DNA from: Leucoraja erinacea
Lineage: Eukaryota
Direction: 5' to 3'
NCBI RefSeq assembly: GCF_028641065.1
Contig: NC_073378.1
Coordinates: 75,888,001-75,952,000 of the forward strand
Length of the DNA: 64,000 nucleotides
Shown: piece by piece, positions 38,134 through 51,600 of the stretch
Layout: every line of letters starts with the position of its first letter
Numbering within the stretch: position 1 is the stretch's first letter
The notes under the pieces: model-generated
What the model was told of the DNA's origin: nothing
What the model saw: only the letters and a program-made list of their open reading frames with translations
Databases searched by the model: none
Program-made: the position numbers and the translations under genes

Positions 38134-38898
38134 GGTGCCAAATACTATAACGTGCAATCACGGCTCTTTGTACATTCATGTCTCATATTAAGAGCAGCTT
38201 TTGACTAACCTTGTTTTCTTATTATACATTTTTCTCCGACAAGACCACAATTTTCATCCCTGCAAATTGTCACTATATTTAATGTGTGTTACACATTATT
38301 GATACCTAGTTGACCAAAAATATTTTCTGGTGATCGGGGGCATCCATTAATCATGTTGTGAACTAGCATTTTTCACAGAATTTTAAAAATATTATACCCA
38401 AAATTTGAAAACAAAAAATGACCTATGCATTATCTCACATTTAGTCAATTTGTACCCAATTTTTAGAAACCAACCTGCAGAATAATGACCACCATGGCTT
38501 CACTCAAAAATAAATCACTGGTTTTTAAGTCTCAGCAGTTAGAAAGACGTGATGAATAACATGCCGTAATCATTCAATAGAAGTTGCAGCAAGCTTTCTT
38601 TCATTCAGTTACTAATTGTGGGAACTCTGAATAACAGTTCACCAAAGAGTCACGTAAACGCAGTTAAGGACTCCTTAAAAACTTTGCTCCAATTGATTGC
38701 ATAACGAACTGAACATTATCTTATCACACAATATAGTGAAGAAGCAAGTGTGCCTACAGAGATTCTGATTATTTTTGGATGAAAATGTTATGAGATAACT
38801 TAAGTAATAAAGTCCCAACTCATCAGGTCAAATTCTCAAATGTTTAGTCCACTATACCAGCTTTTTCCTGTTAGTTAAATGGATTAATTTCTTAAATT

Positions 38899-39095
38899 AG
38901 CCAGTTCATTGGCTATATTTAAGAGGGAGTTAGATGTGGCCCTTGTGGCTAAAGGGATCAGGGGGTATGGAGAGAAGGCAGGTACGGGATACTGAGTTGG
39001 ATGATCAGCCATGATCATATTGAATGGCGGTGCAGGCTCGAAGGGCCGAATGGCCTACTCCTGCACTTATTTTCTATGTATCTATGTATCTATAT
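38899..39095 (+). mobile_element. CR1 extreme 3' end
   Basis: gccagttcattggctatatttaagagggagttagatgtggccc...ggcctactcctgcacttattttctatgtatctat; near-identical to 46877-47068. Confidence 0.9.
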
Positions 39096-39379
39096 AAACC
39101 AATCCTAAATATTGTTTCTTAAGAGATTTAAACAATGACAAGTACCTTGCTTAAGTTAGTTATAAACAGTACTTAGGACTAGATGTGTTTTCACAAAACA
39201 TGTTTATAAACTTCCGGGATTTACTCACAAATATGGCAATAATTTGTCTTGTCACTAGTGACTTTAAATAAACTTTCAAATCTCTTGTTTTGAAATAAAG
39301 AAGTTAATGCTTTGCCAAAAATCTGCTGTGAACCATTAAATCTGCTTTTGGATTTATTCTGATATCTGTCTCAAAGTAC

Positions 39380-39572
39380 CTCAAACTCAAACTTTGAGCT
39401 CCCAAAGTTAGTCCTTTGCTTCTGCCAGAAGTTGTCTGGCTTGATGATCAGTGCAACGTGAATACAGCCAGGAAATGACTCCTGTAGAATCTTCAGCAGC
39501 GGTTTAATGGAATCCCATTTGGAGCCTCGCATGTCAACAATCACAGTGAATCCACGCTTACACACCTCCTCA
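39380..39572 (-). CDS. trio: Trio exon 4-equivalent (193 nt), SEC14 domain
   Basis: EEVCKRGFTVIVDMRGSKWDSIKPLLKILQESFPGCIHVALIIKPDNFWQKQRTNFGSSKFEFE; ctctccag| and |gtactt; phase 2/0. Confidence 0.97.
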
Positions 39573-39713
39573 CTGGAGAGAAGAAAACAAGGCACAAAGT
39601 GAGCGTACATATAAACAAGAAACACAGACTGCATAAAGAGGGGAGGAAGGAGAAGGTGGGGCAAGGGAGGAGAGAGGGGAGAGTTGGTAGGAGAAGTGAA
39701 AGAAGTTAAGAAC

Positions 39714-40748
39714 TGTCTTGACTCTACACTTCTTCCCACCCTGCTTCCTGTAAGGACTTCATCCCCTACTCCCAATTCCTCCGTCTACGCTGCATCTGCA
39801 CCCAGGATGAGGTGTTCCACACCAGGGCATCGGAGATGTCCTCATTCTTCAGGGAATGGGGGTTCCCCTCTTCTACCATAGACAAGGCTCTCACCAGGGT
39901 CTCGTCTATACCCCGTGACTCTGCTCTCTCTCCCCCTTGTCCTCACCTTCCACCCTACCAGCCGTCACATACAACAAATAGTCCTCTGTCATTTTCGCCA
40001 CCTCCAACGTGACCCCACCACTCGCCACATCTTCCCATCTCCTCCCGTCTGCTTTCCGCAGAGACCGCTCCCTCCGCAACTCCCTGGTTAATTCATCCCT
40101 TTCCACCCGTACTACCCCCTCTCTTGGCACTTTCCCTTGTAACCGCAAGAAATGCTACACCTGTCATTTTACCTCCCCCCTTGATTCCATTCAAGGACCC
40201 AAGCAGTCTTTCCAGGTGCGGCAGAGGTTCACTTGCACCTCCTCCAACCTCATCTATTGCATCAGCTGCTCTAGATGTCAGCTGCTCTACATCGGTGAGA
40301 CCAAGCGTAGGCTTGGCGATCGCTTCGCCGAATACCTCAGCTCGGTTCGCAATAACCAACCTGATCTCCTGGTGGCTCAGCACTTCAAGTCCCCCTCCCA
40401 TTCCGAATCCGACCTTTCTGTCCTGGGCCTCATCCATGGCCGGAGTGAGGACCACCGTAAATTGGAGGAGCAGCATCTCATATTTCGTTTGGGCAGTTTG
40501 CACCCCAGCGGTATGAACATTAACTTCTCTAATTTCAGGTAGTCCTTACTATCTCCTCCCCTTCTCAGCTCTCCCTCCACCTCTTCCTTTCTTCTTCCCT
40601 CCCCCCACCCTCACATCAGTCTGAAGAAAGGTTTCTGCCCGAAATGTTGCCTATTTACTTCACTCCATAGATGCTGCCTCACCCGCTGAGTTTCTCCAGT
40701 ATTTTTGTCTACCTTTGATTTTCCAGCATCTGCAGTTACTTCTTAAAC
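39714..40748 (+). mobile_element. Penelope-like retroelement, 5'-truncated, GIY-YIG domain
   Basis: CNRKKCYTC...LIYCISCSRCQLLYIGETKRRLGDRFAEY...GMNINFSNFR*; degenerate hammerhead motif at about 40617-40652. Confidence 0.92.
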
Positions 40749-41614
40749 AAGTGCTTATTTTCCTAATTGCTTGATATCACTCCACATTAGTGATTTGTAT
40801 ACCAGGCTGCCAAAGTTCTCCTAAAACTTCAAACTCACTTTTTCACAGTATGCTGTCTTTCTGTTTTAGTACCAAAGTAAATGTTCTCCAATTTTTTCAT
40901 ATTATATCCCAGCTGCCGCCACATCCTTGCCCATTAACTTATCCTGTCTATTCTCCCAGAAGACGCTGCATGCTTGACAAGGCTAACACTGCCACCTATT
41001 TTAGTGTAATCAGCAAAGTTAATCGTCAACACCGCCCCCACCCAATCTCCGATGTAGACTATGAACAGCCAAGGCATTAGCAGTGATCACTGTGAAATTC
41101 CACTAGTCACATCTTCCCAACCCAAAATGACCAGTTAATTCCTCCTCACTGTTTTCCACTCATTAACCAATCGAGAAAAACAATCGTTTCAGATTGGAGA
41201 GTGAAATCTAAAATTAGTGCTTGGAAATACTTGCACAAACAGAAAGTGGTGGTTCAAACTCTTCCACAAATGGAACAATAGGCAAAGTCAATCATTCATT
41301 TAAATCTGAGTTAAAACAAATAAAACTAACTGTGTTCAATATTTGTTAAACCAAATTTGTTAGCCAAATATTGTTGACTTTCTAAAATATATTATATACT
41401 GATAGTTGCCAACCTATATCGTCAATAACAGCAGTACTTCCCAGTGCCATCATTTAATATTTACCAAGTTTCTAAGCAAAATTACATAGATATTTGGCAG
41501 AATATTAATTTTTCCCACCATTCACATTTTGAACAAAGACAGTTTTGCAGCAAAATAAATTGTGCAAAATACACAACTAGTACAATTTTCAGAACATTAA
41601 TGCAGGTTATATAC

Positions 41615-41729
41615 CTTGGAATATTAGCTAAATAAGAGATAAGCCGCCTAAGATCTTCTTGTCTTATTCTGTCATGGTTGCTGCGTGCTGGAAATGTCAA
41701 GACGGGCCCTCCACGCTTATCTCGTCCAC
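41615..41729 (-). CDS. trio: Trio exon 3-equivalent (115 nt), SEC14/CRAL-TRIO domain start
   Basis: GRDKRGGPVLTFPARSNHDRIRQEDLRRLISYLANIP; tttttccag| acceptor, |gtatat donor; phase 1/2, continuous with neighbouring exons. Confidence 0.97.
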
Positions 41730-43010
41730 CTGGAAAAAAGTAATGTTCAAGATCATATAAAGGCAAGCAAGTAATAACAAATGCATTTCTCCTAACTTCT
41801 ACAAAACAAAATCCTGTAGCAAATTTATTTGTAATATATTTGGAAGGAAATTGCCTACTTCACGAAGGATGCCGAATTTAAAAACCTTAAATCAAACAAA
41901 AGATGACAATAAATATTGATTACTGTCAGGACACAGCTCCAATATCTAGTCTTGTCCAAGATGACCACAGATCAGATACCACGTAGATTGGTTCAGTGGC
42001 TTCAGAATCTTTGGAATTCTCCTAACCCAGAGTGTGAATGTAGTCATTGCGTATATTCATTAATGAATGAGTCATTAAGTGTATTCAAGCTTAAGATGGA
42101 CTATTCAAGAATCAAAGTGTATGTGAATACACAGGAGAGTAAGTGAGGCGAATAATCAGATCGAACGTGATCATATGGAATTGCACAGCAGGCTCAAGTG
42201 GGCAGAAAGTCCATTTCTATTCCTGTTCCTTAGGTTAGCATGTTTAGTTGGCAAGGGAGTGATAAGTGGTTGCTAACAAATCCGTCCATCTTCCTTTGGA
42301 GTACAAAAAGAATGGCAAAGTTGCGCCCCCAAAAAGCTTGGTGAATTCATATTCTGAAGTTTTACTTCAAAACAAACTTCATGTTTTATCATTAATCTTT
42401 CTAATGTATTTTTCAGAAATAACGAGGTCAAAATGGGCAGAATTAATTGCCCAGCTCAATCAGAACAGACGCTGCCTTTTTGCATGTGAATGCCCAAGGG
42501 TCCCTTTGAAAGGCACCATAATTTCAATTTTAATTAGAAACTTGCTCCTGACTGCAAATTTTGATTTATTTTTTCAACTCCAGTCATAGATCATTTTCAG
42601 AATAGAAAACTAATTTCTGGTTTCCACACATTCGAACTGAACCATCTGATCAATATATGGTGATTGCACAGTTGGGCTTTTCCACTGCCGACATGCTTTT
42701 AGGGTGCGCAACCAAGGAAACTGATAAAACTGAAACATGGTCACTGGCCTTCACCTGAAACTTAATTCTCTTAACATCAATTCTATTGGCTTATTCTGGC
42801 CTAAACAGCATTTAAAAAAATAATTAATACAATTTTCCTTTTTTGTACTCTCTGTCTCTATTTACAAAGTCCAGAATTGTAAATGCTTCAGGAACTCCAT
42901 CCTCTCAACATATCCTGCCGCTTTCAAAGATTTATGAACTGAGTTCCATCTTCTGAATATTCTTTAATGCCTACAATGTCTTCCCTGTTCTTTCTGCCAA
43001 AATGTATCCT

Positions 43011-43805
43011 CAGGGCTCGTAATTAACGGTTGCCCGGTTGCCAATGGCCACCTAAAGTCCCGCCGGGTAACCTAAAAGCCGTGCCATTTTGCCCGGCTTG
43101 GCAAGCAATAAAAAAAATCAAGTAGATCAGGATCAATCCCTGAATTAGGTAGATGCACATTCCTGGTATTGAGATAAAATTGCCCTGTGGGGGCGGGGTT
43201 AATGAATAGGGACGGGGGACGGTCACTCTTCCAGTGGTTGCGGTGCAGGATTGGGGTGATCCCGGATTCCTGGGCACAGGGAAGGGAATTCCCTCGTATT
43301 TGGCGAGCGTCCGACCCGCAGCCCCGGAACCGAGCATAGGCTGCGCTGCCGGCGCACGGGCGCCACTCTCAGAGCACCCGGGACACTTACCGTTCAACTC
43401 TGAGCAGACCCCCCTCTCTATCTCTCTCTCTGTCACTCTCCGTCTCCGCCCGCCATCCATGTCCGGGCCGCCGGGTCTCCGCTCTCCGGCCGCACCTCAT
43501 CCGCCGGCACGGCCGACCGCCTTGAACATGCGCGCCGCCATGACAAGCACATCCTCGGCTGCCCTGCACATGTGCACTGCCACGGCCAGCACATCCTCCC
43601 CATGCACATGCGCACAACCACGGCCTGCACATCATCGGCCACCCTGCACATGCGCACTACCATGGCAACTGGTCGGCGCCAGGGACTTTCTCTCTCCCTT
43701 AACATTGTGGGAGATCTGGCCGCCATTGCTGTCCGGTCACAGCCTCGCCGCGACCGTTGAAACCCAACTCTGGAGCTGGAGCTGGAGCTGGAGCTGGAGC
43801 TGAAG
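43011..43805 (+). mobile_element. GC-rich hAT-like non-autonomous element, one terminus only; ends in (GGAGCT)n
   Basis: Starts cagggctcgtaattaacgg (CAGGG-type end) with subterminal ttgcccgg repeats; no matching second TIR found. Confidence 0.45.
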
Positions 43806-43899
43806 CATGTGCGTGTGCGTGTGTGTATATTATATATACCCACACACACAATTTCCCTCCTGGGATTAATAAAGTTCTGTTGTATAGTATCGTGTGTGT

Positions 43900-46500
43900 A
43901 GGAAGTAAGTTTATTGGCCAAGTATTCACATACAAGGAATTTGTCTTGGTGCTCCACCCACAAGTAATAACATGACATACAGTGACAGTTACGAATGACT
44001 CAGAAAACACTAAACATAAATAATAATAAAACATTAATGATAAAACACCATTGATCAAGCATGTGAACCAACAAAATACCAGATCAAAGGGAGGCTACAG
44101 ATTTTTGACTGTTGAGTAGAGCAACTACTCGTGGATAAAAACAGTTTTTATGTCTGGCTGTGGCAGCTTTGACAGTCCGGAGTTGCCTTCCAGAGGGAAG
44201 TGGTTCAAAGAATTTGTGGCCAGGGTGAGAGGGGTCAGAGATGATCTTGCCCGCTCGCTTCCTGGCCCTTGCAGTGTACAGTTCATCAATGGAGGGAAGG
44301 TTGCAGCCAATAACCTTCTCAGCTGATCGGATAATAATAATAATAACTTTATTTATAAAGCACTTTTAGGTAACATCAGTTACCACAAAGTGCTGTACAA
44401 TGGAAATCAACAAAAAGTTATCACAAAACTAAAACCATTAAAACGACAGGACTATAAAAACAGTAAAAAATTAAAAGACATTAAAAGCACTAAAACAGGA
44501 ACAAAGTCTCAGCCAGTGTCGAAAGCCAGTGAATAAAAGTGCGTTTTCAGGGAGGATTTAAAGATGGACAGTGAAGGGGCCTGTCTGATCTGCAGCGGCA
44601 AGGTGTTCCAAAGTGCCGGTGCAGCAACAGAAAAGGCTCTATCCCCTCTGAGCTTCCGCTTAGACCTTGGTACCTCAAGGAGCAGCTGATCCGCTGACCT
44701 GAGGCACCGGGTAGGAGCATATAGGTGGAGCAGCTCAGAGAGGTAAGGCGGGGCGAGGCCATTCAAAGATTTAAAAACAAATAAAATAATTTTAAAATGA
44801 ACTCGAAAGTGCACTGGAAGCCAGTGAAGGGAGGCCAAAATTGGCGTAATGTGCTCCCTCTTTCGAGTTCCGGTTAAAAGGCGAGCGGCAGCATTTTGGA
44901 CCAACTGGAGACGCGCCAACGAAGCTCGCGAGACTCCAGTGTAGAGCGCATTACAGTAATCCAGCCGAGATGTAATAAAGGCATGGATTACTGTTTCAAA
45001 ATGCTGCCGCTCCAGAATAGGCTTCACCTTTGCCAGCTTCCTTAGGTGAAAGAAGCTGGACTTAACCACTGCGCCTATTTGCTTATCTAATTTAAAATCA
45101 CTGTCCATCATAAAACCCAGGTTTAAAACTGTTGGCTTTTCAAACACTGCAAGTGGACCCAAGTCAACAGAGGGAGGTTCACGGCAGCCATTAGGGCCGA
45201 ACAAAATCACTTCCGTCTTTTTTTCGTTAAGTCCCAGAAAGTTTAAGGCCATCCAGGACTTAATGTCCTCAAGACAAGACAGAAGTGATTTTAGGGAATA
45301 ATTATCTTCTTTCCTGAGTGGCATATACAACTGGCTATCATCCGCGTAAAAGTGAAAGGAGATGCCATGCCTTCTTAAAATTGAGCCCAGTGGAAGTAGA
45401 TAAAGGGAGAAAAGCAGGGGGCCTAAAATTGAGCCCTGTGGAACCCCATATGCCAAGGGAGCAGAGGAGGATTCAAGGCCACCAAGGCTTACACGCATGG
45501 TTCTGTCTGCCAGATAGGACCTGAACCATCCCAGGGCACTGCCACAGATGTCCACTTGTTGCTGTAATCGGGAAATTAATATTCCATGGTCCACAGTGTC
45601 GAAGGCGGCAGATAGGTCCAGCAAGACAAGAACCACATAATTACCGGAGTCGTTTGCCAGGAGGATGTCATTAGAGACCCTTAGCAAAGCCGACTCTGTG
45701 CTATGCATAGCCTTGAAACCAGACTGAAAGACCTCCCGGATGTTGTGCTCATCCAGGAAGAGTTTCAGCTGGGCATAAACTACTTTCTCCATGATTTTTG
45801 AGATAAATGGCAGCTTTGAGATTGGCCTAAAATTGGCCAGGACAGTCTGGTCCAGGCCTGGTTTCTTGAGTAATGGCTGCACTACAGCATGTTTAAATTT
45901 TATGGGGACAACCCCGGAAGACAAGCTACTGTTTATGATGGCAAGGACCGAATGCCCTATGCTCGGGAAGACCTCTTTAAAAAGAAGAGGAGGGACAGCA
46001 TCACATGGGGAACCCGATGGCTTGATATGGGTAACCACATCCTCTAGACCCGACAGCGTCAGGGGAACAAACTTATCAAATGCCACCCGGCAAGGGGCCA
46101 GAACAGGTGGGTCTGAGGCAGGAGCTGAGATAAGAGCCCTAATAGAAACAACCTTGTTTATAAAGAAGTGCAGGAAGTCGTTGCACATGATTCACTGCAG
46201 CCTCCAGGTGTCGTGCTTGGTGGCTGAGCCAAACCAGACCATGATGGAGAAGGTGAGGACAGACTCCACAATGGCTGTGTAGAATTGTACCATCATTGCC
46301 TGTGGCAGATTGTGCTTCCTCAGCTGTCATAGGAAGTACATCCTCTGTTGTGCATTTTTGACTGTGGAGTCGATGATAGACCCCCACTTAAGGTCCTTGG
46401 AGATGATTGTTCCCAGGAACTTAAAATACTCCACAGATGTGAGTATGGTGTTGTTGATGGTGAGTGGGGTGAGGGGAGGGGGAGCTCTCCTAAAGTCCAC
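43900..46500 (-). mobile_element. Rex1/Babar-like LINE 3' portion, split by an L2 insertion (pieces 43900-44332 and 46187-46500)
   Basis: The two pieces join as ...ctcagctgatcgg|atgattcactgcag...; minus-strand FYTAIVESVLTFSIMVWFG motif; aataaacttactt tail. Confidence 0.8.
44331..46188 (-). mobile_element. L2-clade LINE, 5'-truncated, with uninterrupted 559-codon RT/C-terminal ORF and (ATT)n tail
   Basis: NFRPISKLPFISK, QSGF, LLDLSAAFDTVDH, GVPQGSILGP, FYADDSQLY, SRLDYCN, LQLVQNAAARLL, HITPILASLHWLP. Confidence 0.95.
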
Positions 46501-46507
46501 AAATCCA

Positions 46508-47068
46508 CAAATTGCGTACAGTTTTGGTCTCCAAATTTGAGGAAAGATATTCTTGCCATAGAGGGAGTACAGAGAAGGTTCACCAGACTGATTCCTGGGA
46601 TGTCATATGAAAATATGAAGAAAGACTGGATAGACTCGGCTTGTTCTCTCTGGAATTTAGAAGATTGGGGGGGGATCTTATAGAAACTTACAAAATTCTT
46701 AAGGGGTTGGACAGGCTAGATGCAAGAAGATTGTTCCCGATGTTGGGGGAGTCCAGGACAAGGGGGTCACAATTTAAGGATAAAGGGAAAATCCTTTAGG
46801 GCTGAGATGAGAAAAACATTTTTCACACAGAGAGTGGTGAATCTCCGGAACTCTCTGCCACAGAAGGTAGTTGAGGTCAGTTCATTGGCTATATTTAAGA
46901 GGGAGTTAGATGTGGCCCTTGTGGCTAAAGGGATCAGGGGGTATGGAAAGAAGGCAGGTACAGGATACTGAGTTGGATGATCAGCCATGATCATATTGAA
47001 TGGCGGTGCAGGCTCGAAGGGCCGAATGGCCTACTCTTGCACCTATTTTCTATGTTTCTATGTTTCTA
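46508..47068 (+). mobile_element. CR1 3' fragment
   Basis: CVQFWSPNLRKDILAIEGVQRRFTRLIPG; (TTCTATGT)n tail. Confidence 0.92.
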
Positions 47069-47326
47069 ATCAAAGGAAGTGCAGATGCTGGTTTAAACCA
47101 AAGATAGACACAAAAAGCTGGAGTAACTCAACAGGTCAGACAGAATCTCTGGTCAAAAGGAAAATATTACGTTTTGGGTTGGGTCTGAAAAAGGTTCCTG
47201 CACACCTTTGGAATGTGGAAGGAAACAAGAGCACCTGGAGAAAACCCATGCGATCAAAGGGAAAAGGTGCAAACCATCCAGACAGCACCCATATTCAGGA
47301 TCAATTCCGGGTCTCTGGCACTTTTA

Positions 47327-47792
47327 AGGGCCTGTCCCACGAGCATGCGACTGCATGCGGCAAACGCGTCCTAACGTGGTCGCTTGAGCCGTATGGCCTC
47401 GCGGGGCCGATCGCTGGAGCCGTATGGAGTTGTGCGGAGCTGGTCCCAACATCGCGCGGGACTCCGGAAAACTGACAGTGTTCAAAAATTCCACGCGGCA
47501 GCGGCCTGCCGGCCCGCAGCCGCATTGAGTCCGTACGCACCGCCTCGACGGGTGTACGCACCATCTTGACGCCGTACGTCACACGCGAACTTCCCGCGGA
47601 CTTTGCTCGAACTTCAAGTCACTCACTCGACCTCCGCGCGGCCCCCGCTTCTGGTTTGGTCGCGCTTGCCGCGTACAGTCGCATGCTGGTGGGTCCGGCC
47701 CTGTACGGGGATCATTCGACCTCCGCCCTTGCCCCCGCTTCCGGTTTGGTCGCGCTTGCCGCATGCAGTTGCATGCTTGTGGGACAGGCCCT
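47327..47792. mobile_element. PIF/Harbinger-like MITE with TTA TSD
   Basis: tta|agggcctgtcccacgagcatgcgactgcatgcggcaa ... ttgccgcatgcagttgcatgcttgtgggacaggccct|tta. Confidence 0.88.
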
Positions 47793-47971
47793 TTAGGCAG
47801 CGACTTTATGGCCAATGAACTGCCCCGGAGTCTTGGACTGAATTAAAACATACAGTGGCTGTAAAGGGGGAAATAGAGTGACTTAGAGATTTAAGACTGA
47901 AAATGGATAGTTTGTTTTTTTTAGTAACCAAAGTTTTCAACGTATAATTTTTTGTATGTTGGAAAACAAAA

Positions 47972-48205
47972 TACAGTGGCACAGCTGGTAGACTTACTGC
48001 CTCACACGCCAGAGATCTGTGTTCGATCCTGTCCTCGGGCACTGTCTGCATTGAATTTGCACATTCTCCCTGCAAACGTGTAGGTTTCCTCCCACATCCC
48101 AAAGACGCATTGGCTTTGTAGGTTAACCTGTCTCTGTAAAATTTCCCCCAATGTGTGTGTAGGGAGTGGGTGAGGAAAGTGGGATATCAGTACGTGTGAA
48201 TGGGT
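47972..48205 (+). mobile_element. HE1-like tRNA-derived SINE
   Basis: gtggcacagctgg (A box) and gttcgatcc (B box); body like 60511-60820. Confidence 0.8.
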
Positions 48206-48625
48206 GGGAGACAAAGAAGCTGGAGAAAATCAGTGGGTGAGGCAGCATCTATGCAGCGAAGGAATAGGCGACGTTTCGGGTCGACGCCATTCTTCAGACT
48301 GATGTCGGGGCAGGGGGGCGGGAAAAAGAAAGGAAGAAGCGGAGACAGTGGGCTGTGGGACAGCTGGGAATGGGAGGGGAAGGAGGGAGCAAGCAAGGAC
48401 TACCTAAAATTGGAGAAGCCAATGTTCATACAGCTGGGGTGTAAACCATCCAAGCAAAATATGAGGTGCTGTTCCTCCAATTTGCGGTGGGCCATGGAGG
48501 AGGCCCAGGACAGAAAGGTTGGATTTGGATATGGAGGAGGAGTTGAAGTGCTGAGCCACCGGGAGATCAGGTTGGTTATTGCGAACTGAGTGGAGGTGTT
48601 GTGCGAAGCGATTGCCAAGTAGGAG
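48206..48625 (-). mobile_element. Penelope-like 3' fragment with hammerhead motif (about 48266-48302)
   Basis: HLHSVRNNQPDLPVAQHFNS; EEQHLIF; minus strand cagtCTGAAGAatggcgtcgacccGAAACGTCgcc. Confidence 0.85.
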
Positions 48626-48661
48626 TGAGGCCACCGTCGCGGAGTGAGGAACAAAAGACGA

Positions 48662-51600
48662 CAATAGACAATAGGTGCAGGAGTACGCCATTTGGCCCTT
48701 CGAGCAAGCATTGCCATTCAATGTGATCATGGCTGATCATCCACAATCAGTACACCGTTCCTGCCTTCTCCCCATATCCCTTGACTCCGCTATTTTTAAG
48801 AGCCCTATCTAGCTCTCTCTTGAAAGCATCCAGAGAACCTGCCTCCACCACCCTCTGAGGCAGAGAATTCCATAGACTCACCACTCTCTGTGAGAACATT
48901 TTTTTCCTCGTCTCTGTTCTAAATGGCTTACTCCTTATTCTTAAACTGTGGCCCCTGGTTCTGGACTCCCCCAACATCGGGAACATGTTTCCTGCCTCTA
49001 ACGTGTCCAAGCCCTTAACAATCTTAAATGTTTCAATGAGTTACCCTCTCATCCTTCTAAACTCCAGAGTGTACAAGCCCAGCTGCTCCATTCTCTCAGC
49101 ATATGACAGTCTCGCCATCCCGGGAATTAACCTTGTAAACCTACGCTGCACTCCCTCAATAGCAAGAATGTCCTTCCTCAAATTAGGGGACCAAAATTGC
49201 ACACAATACTCCAGGTGTGGTCTCATTAGGGCTCTGACAAACTGCAGAAGCCCCTCTTTGCTCTAATATTCGATTCCTCTTGTTATAAAGGCCAACATGC
49301 CATCGCTTACTTCACTGCCTGCTGTACCTTTCGTAGACTGATGTATAAGGACCCCCAGATCCCGTTGTGCTTCCCCTTTTCCCAACTTGACGCCATTTCG
49401 ATCGTAATCTGCCTTCCTGTTTTTGCTACCAAAGTGGATAACCTCACATTTATCCACATTAAACTTAATCTGCCATGCATCTGCCCATCTCCCCAACCTG
49501 TCCAAGTCACCCTGCATTCTCATAGCATCCTCCTCACAGTTCACACTGCCACCCAGCTTTGTGTCATCTGCAAATTTGCTAATGTTACTTTGAATCCCTT
49601 CATCCAAATCATTGATGTATATTGTAAATAGCTGTGGGCACCGAGCACCGAGCCTTGCGGTACCCCACTAGTCATTGCCTGCCATTCTGAAAGGGACCCG
49701 TTAATCCATACTCTTTGTTTCCTGTCTGCCAACCACTTCTCTATCCAGGTCAGCACTACCCCCAACACCATGTGCCCTAATTTTGCCCACTAATCTCCTA
49801 TGTGGGACATAGAAAACAGAGAAACATAGAACATAGGTGCAGGAGGAGGCCATTCAGCACTTCGAGCTAGCACCGCCATTCATTGTGATCATGGCTGTTC
49901 GTCCTCTATCAATAACCCGTGCCTGCCTTCTCCCCATATCCCTTGACTCCACTAGCCCCGAGAGCTCAATCTAACTCTCTCTTAAATCCATCCAGTGACT
50001 TGGCCTCCACTGCCCTCTGTGGCAGGGAATTCCATAAGATCACAACTCTCTGGGTGAAAAACAGTCTGAAATGACCATTTATTCTAAGACTGTGGCCCTT
50101 GGTTCTGGACTCGCCTAACATTGGGAACATTTTTCCTGCATCTAGCTTGTCGAGTCCTTTTATAATTTTGTATGTTTCTATAAGATCCTTCTCATCCTTC
50201 TAAACTCCAGTGAATACAAGCCTAGTATTTTCAATCTTTCCTCATATGACAGTCCCGCCATCCCAGGGATCAATCTCGTGAACCCACGCTGTACTGCCTC
50301 AATCACAAGGATGTCCTTCCTCAAATTATGAGACCAAAACTGTACACAATACTCTAGATGTGGTCTCACCAGAGCCCTATACAACTGCAGAAGAACCTCT
50401 TTACTCCGATACTGAAATCCTCTTGTTATGAAGGCCTACATTCCATTAGCTTTCTTCACTGCCTGCTGTACCTGCATGTCAACTTTCAGTGACCGGTGTA
50501 CAAGGACGCCCTGGTCTTGTTGCACCTCCCCCTTACCTAACCTAACCCCATTGAGATAATAATCTGCCCCCTTGTTTTTTTACCGCCAAAGTGGATGACC
50601 TCACATTTATCTATATTATACTGCATCTGCCCACTCACTCAACCTGTCCAGGTCACCCTGGAACCTCCTAACATCCTCTTCACAGTTCACACTGTCACCC
50701 AGCTTTGTGTCATCTGCAAACTTGCTAGTGTTGCTCCAAACTTCCTCTTCCAAATCATTAATATATACAGTAAACAGTTGCGGCCCCAACACCGAGCCTT
50801 GCGGCACTCCACTCGCCACTGCCTGCCATTCTGAAAAGGACCCGTTCACTCCTACTCTTTGCTTCCGGTCTGCCAACCAATTTTCTATCCATGTCAACAC
50901 CCTACCCCCAATACCATGTGCTCTAATTTTAGTCACCAGTCTCCCGTGCGGGACCTTATCAAAGGCTTTCTGAAAGTCTAGGTGCACTACATCCACTGGC
51001 ACCCCTTCGTCCATTTTACTTGTCACATCCTCAAAAAATTCCAGAAGATTAATCAAGCATAATTTCCCTTTCATAAATCCATGTTGACTTGAACTAATCC
51101 TTTTACTGCTATCCAAATGCCCCATTATTACCTCTTTAATAATTGACTCCAGCATCTTTCCCACCACCGAAGTCAGGCTAACTGATCTGTAATTCCCAGT
51201 TTTCTCACTCGTTCCTTTCTTGAAAAGTGGGTCCTGATCAAATGCTTTCTGAAAGTCCAGGTACACTACATCCACTGGCTCTCCCTTGTCCATTTTCCTA
51301 GTTACATCTTCAAAACATTCCAGAAGATTAGTCAAGCATAATTTCCCCTTCGTAAATCCATGCTGACTCGGACCGATCCTGTTACTGCTATCCAAATGTG
51401 TGGCTATCTCATCTTTTATAATTAACTCCAGCATCTTCCCCACCACCGATGTCAGGCTAACTGGGCTATAATTCCATGTTTTCTCTCTCCCGCCTTTCTT
51501 AAAAAGTGGGATAACATTAGCTACCCTCCAATCCCCAGGAACTGATCCTGAGTCTATAGAACATTGGAAAATTATCACCAATGGATCCACGGTTTCTAGA

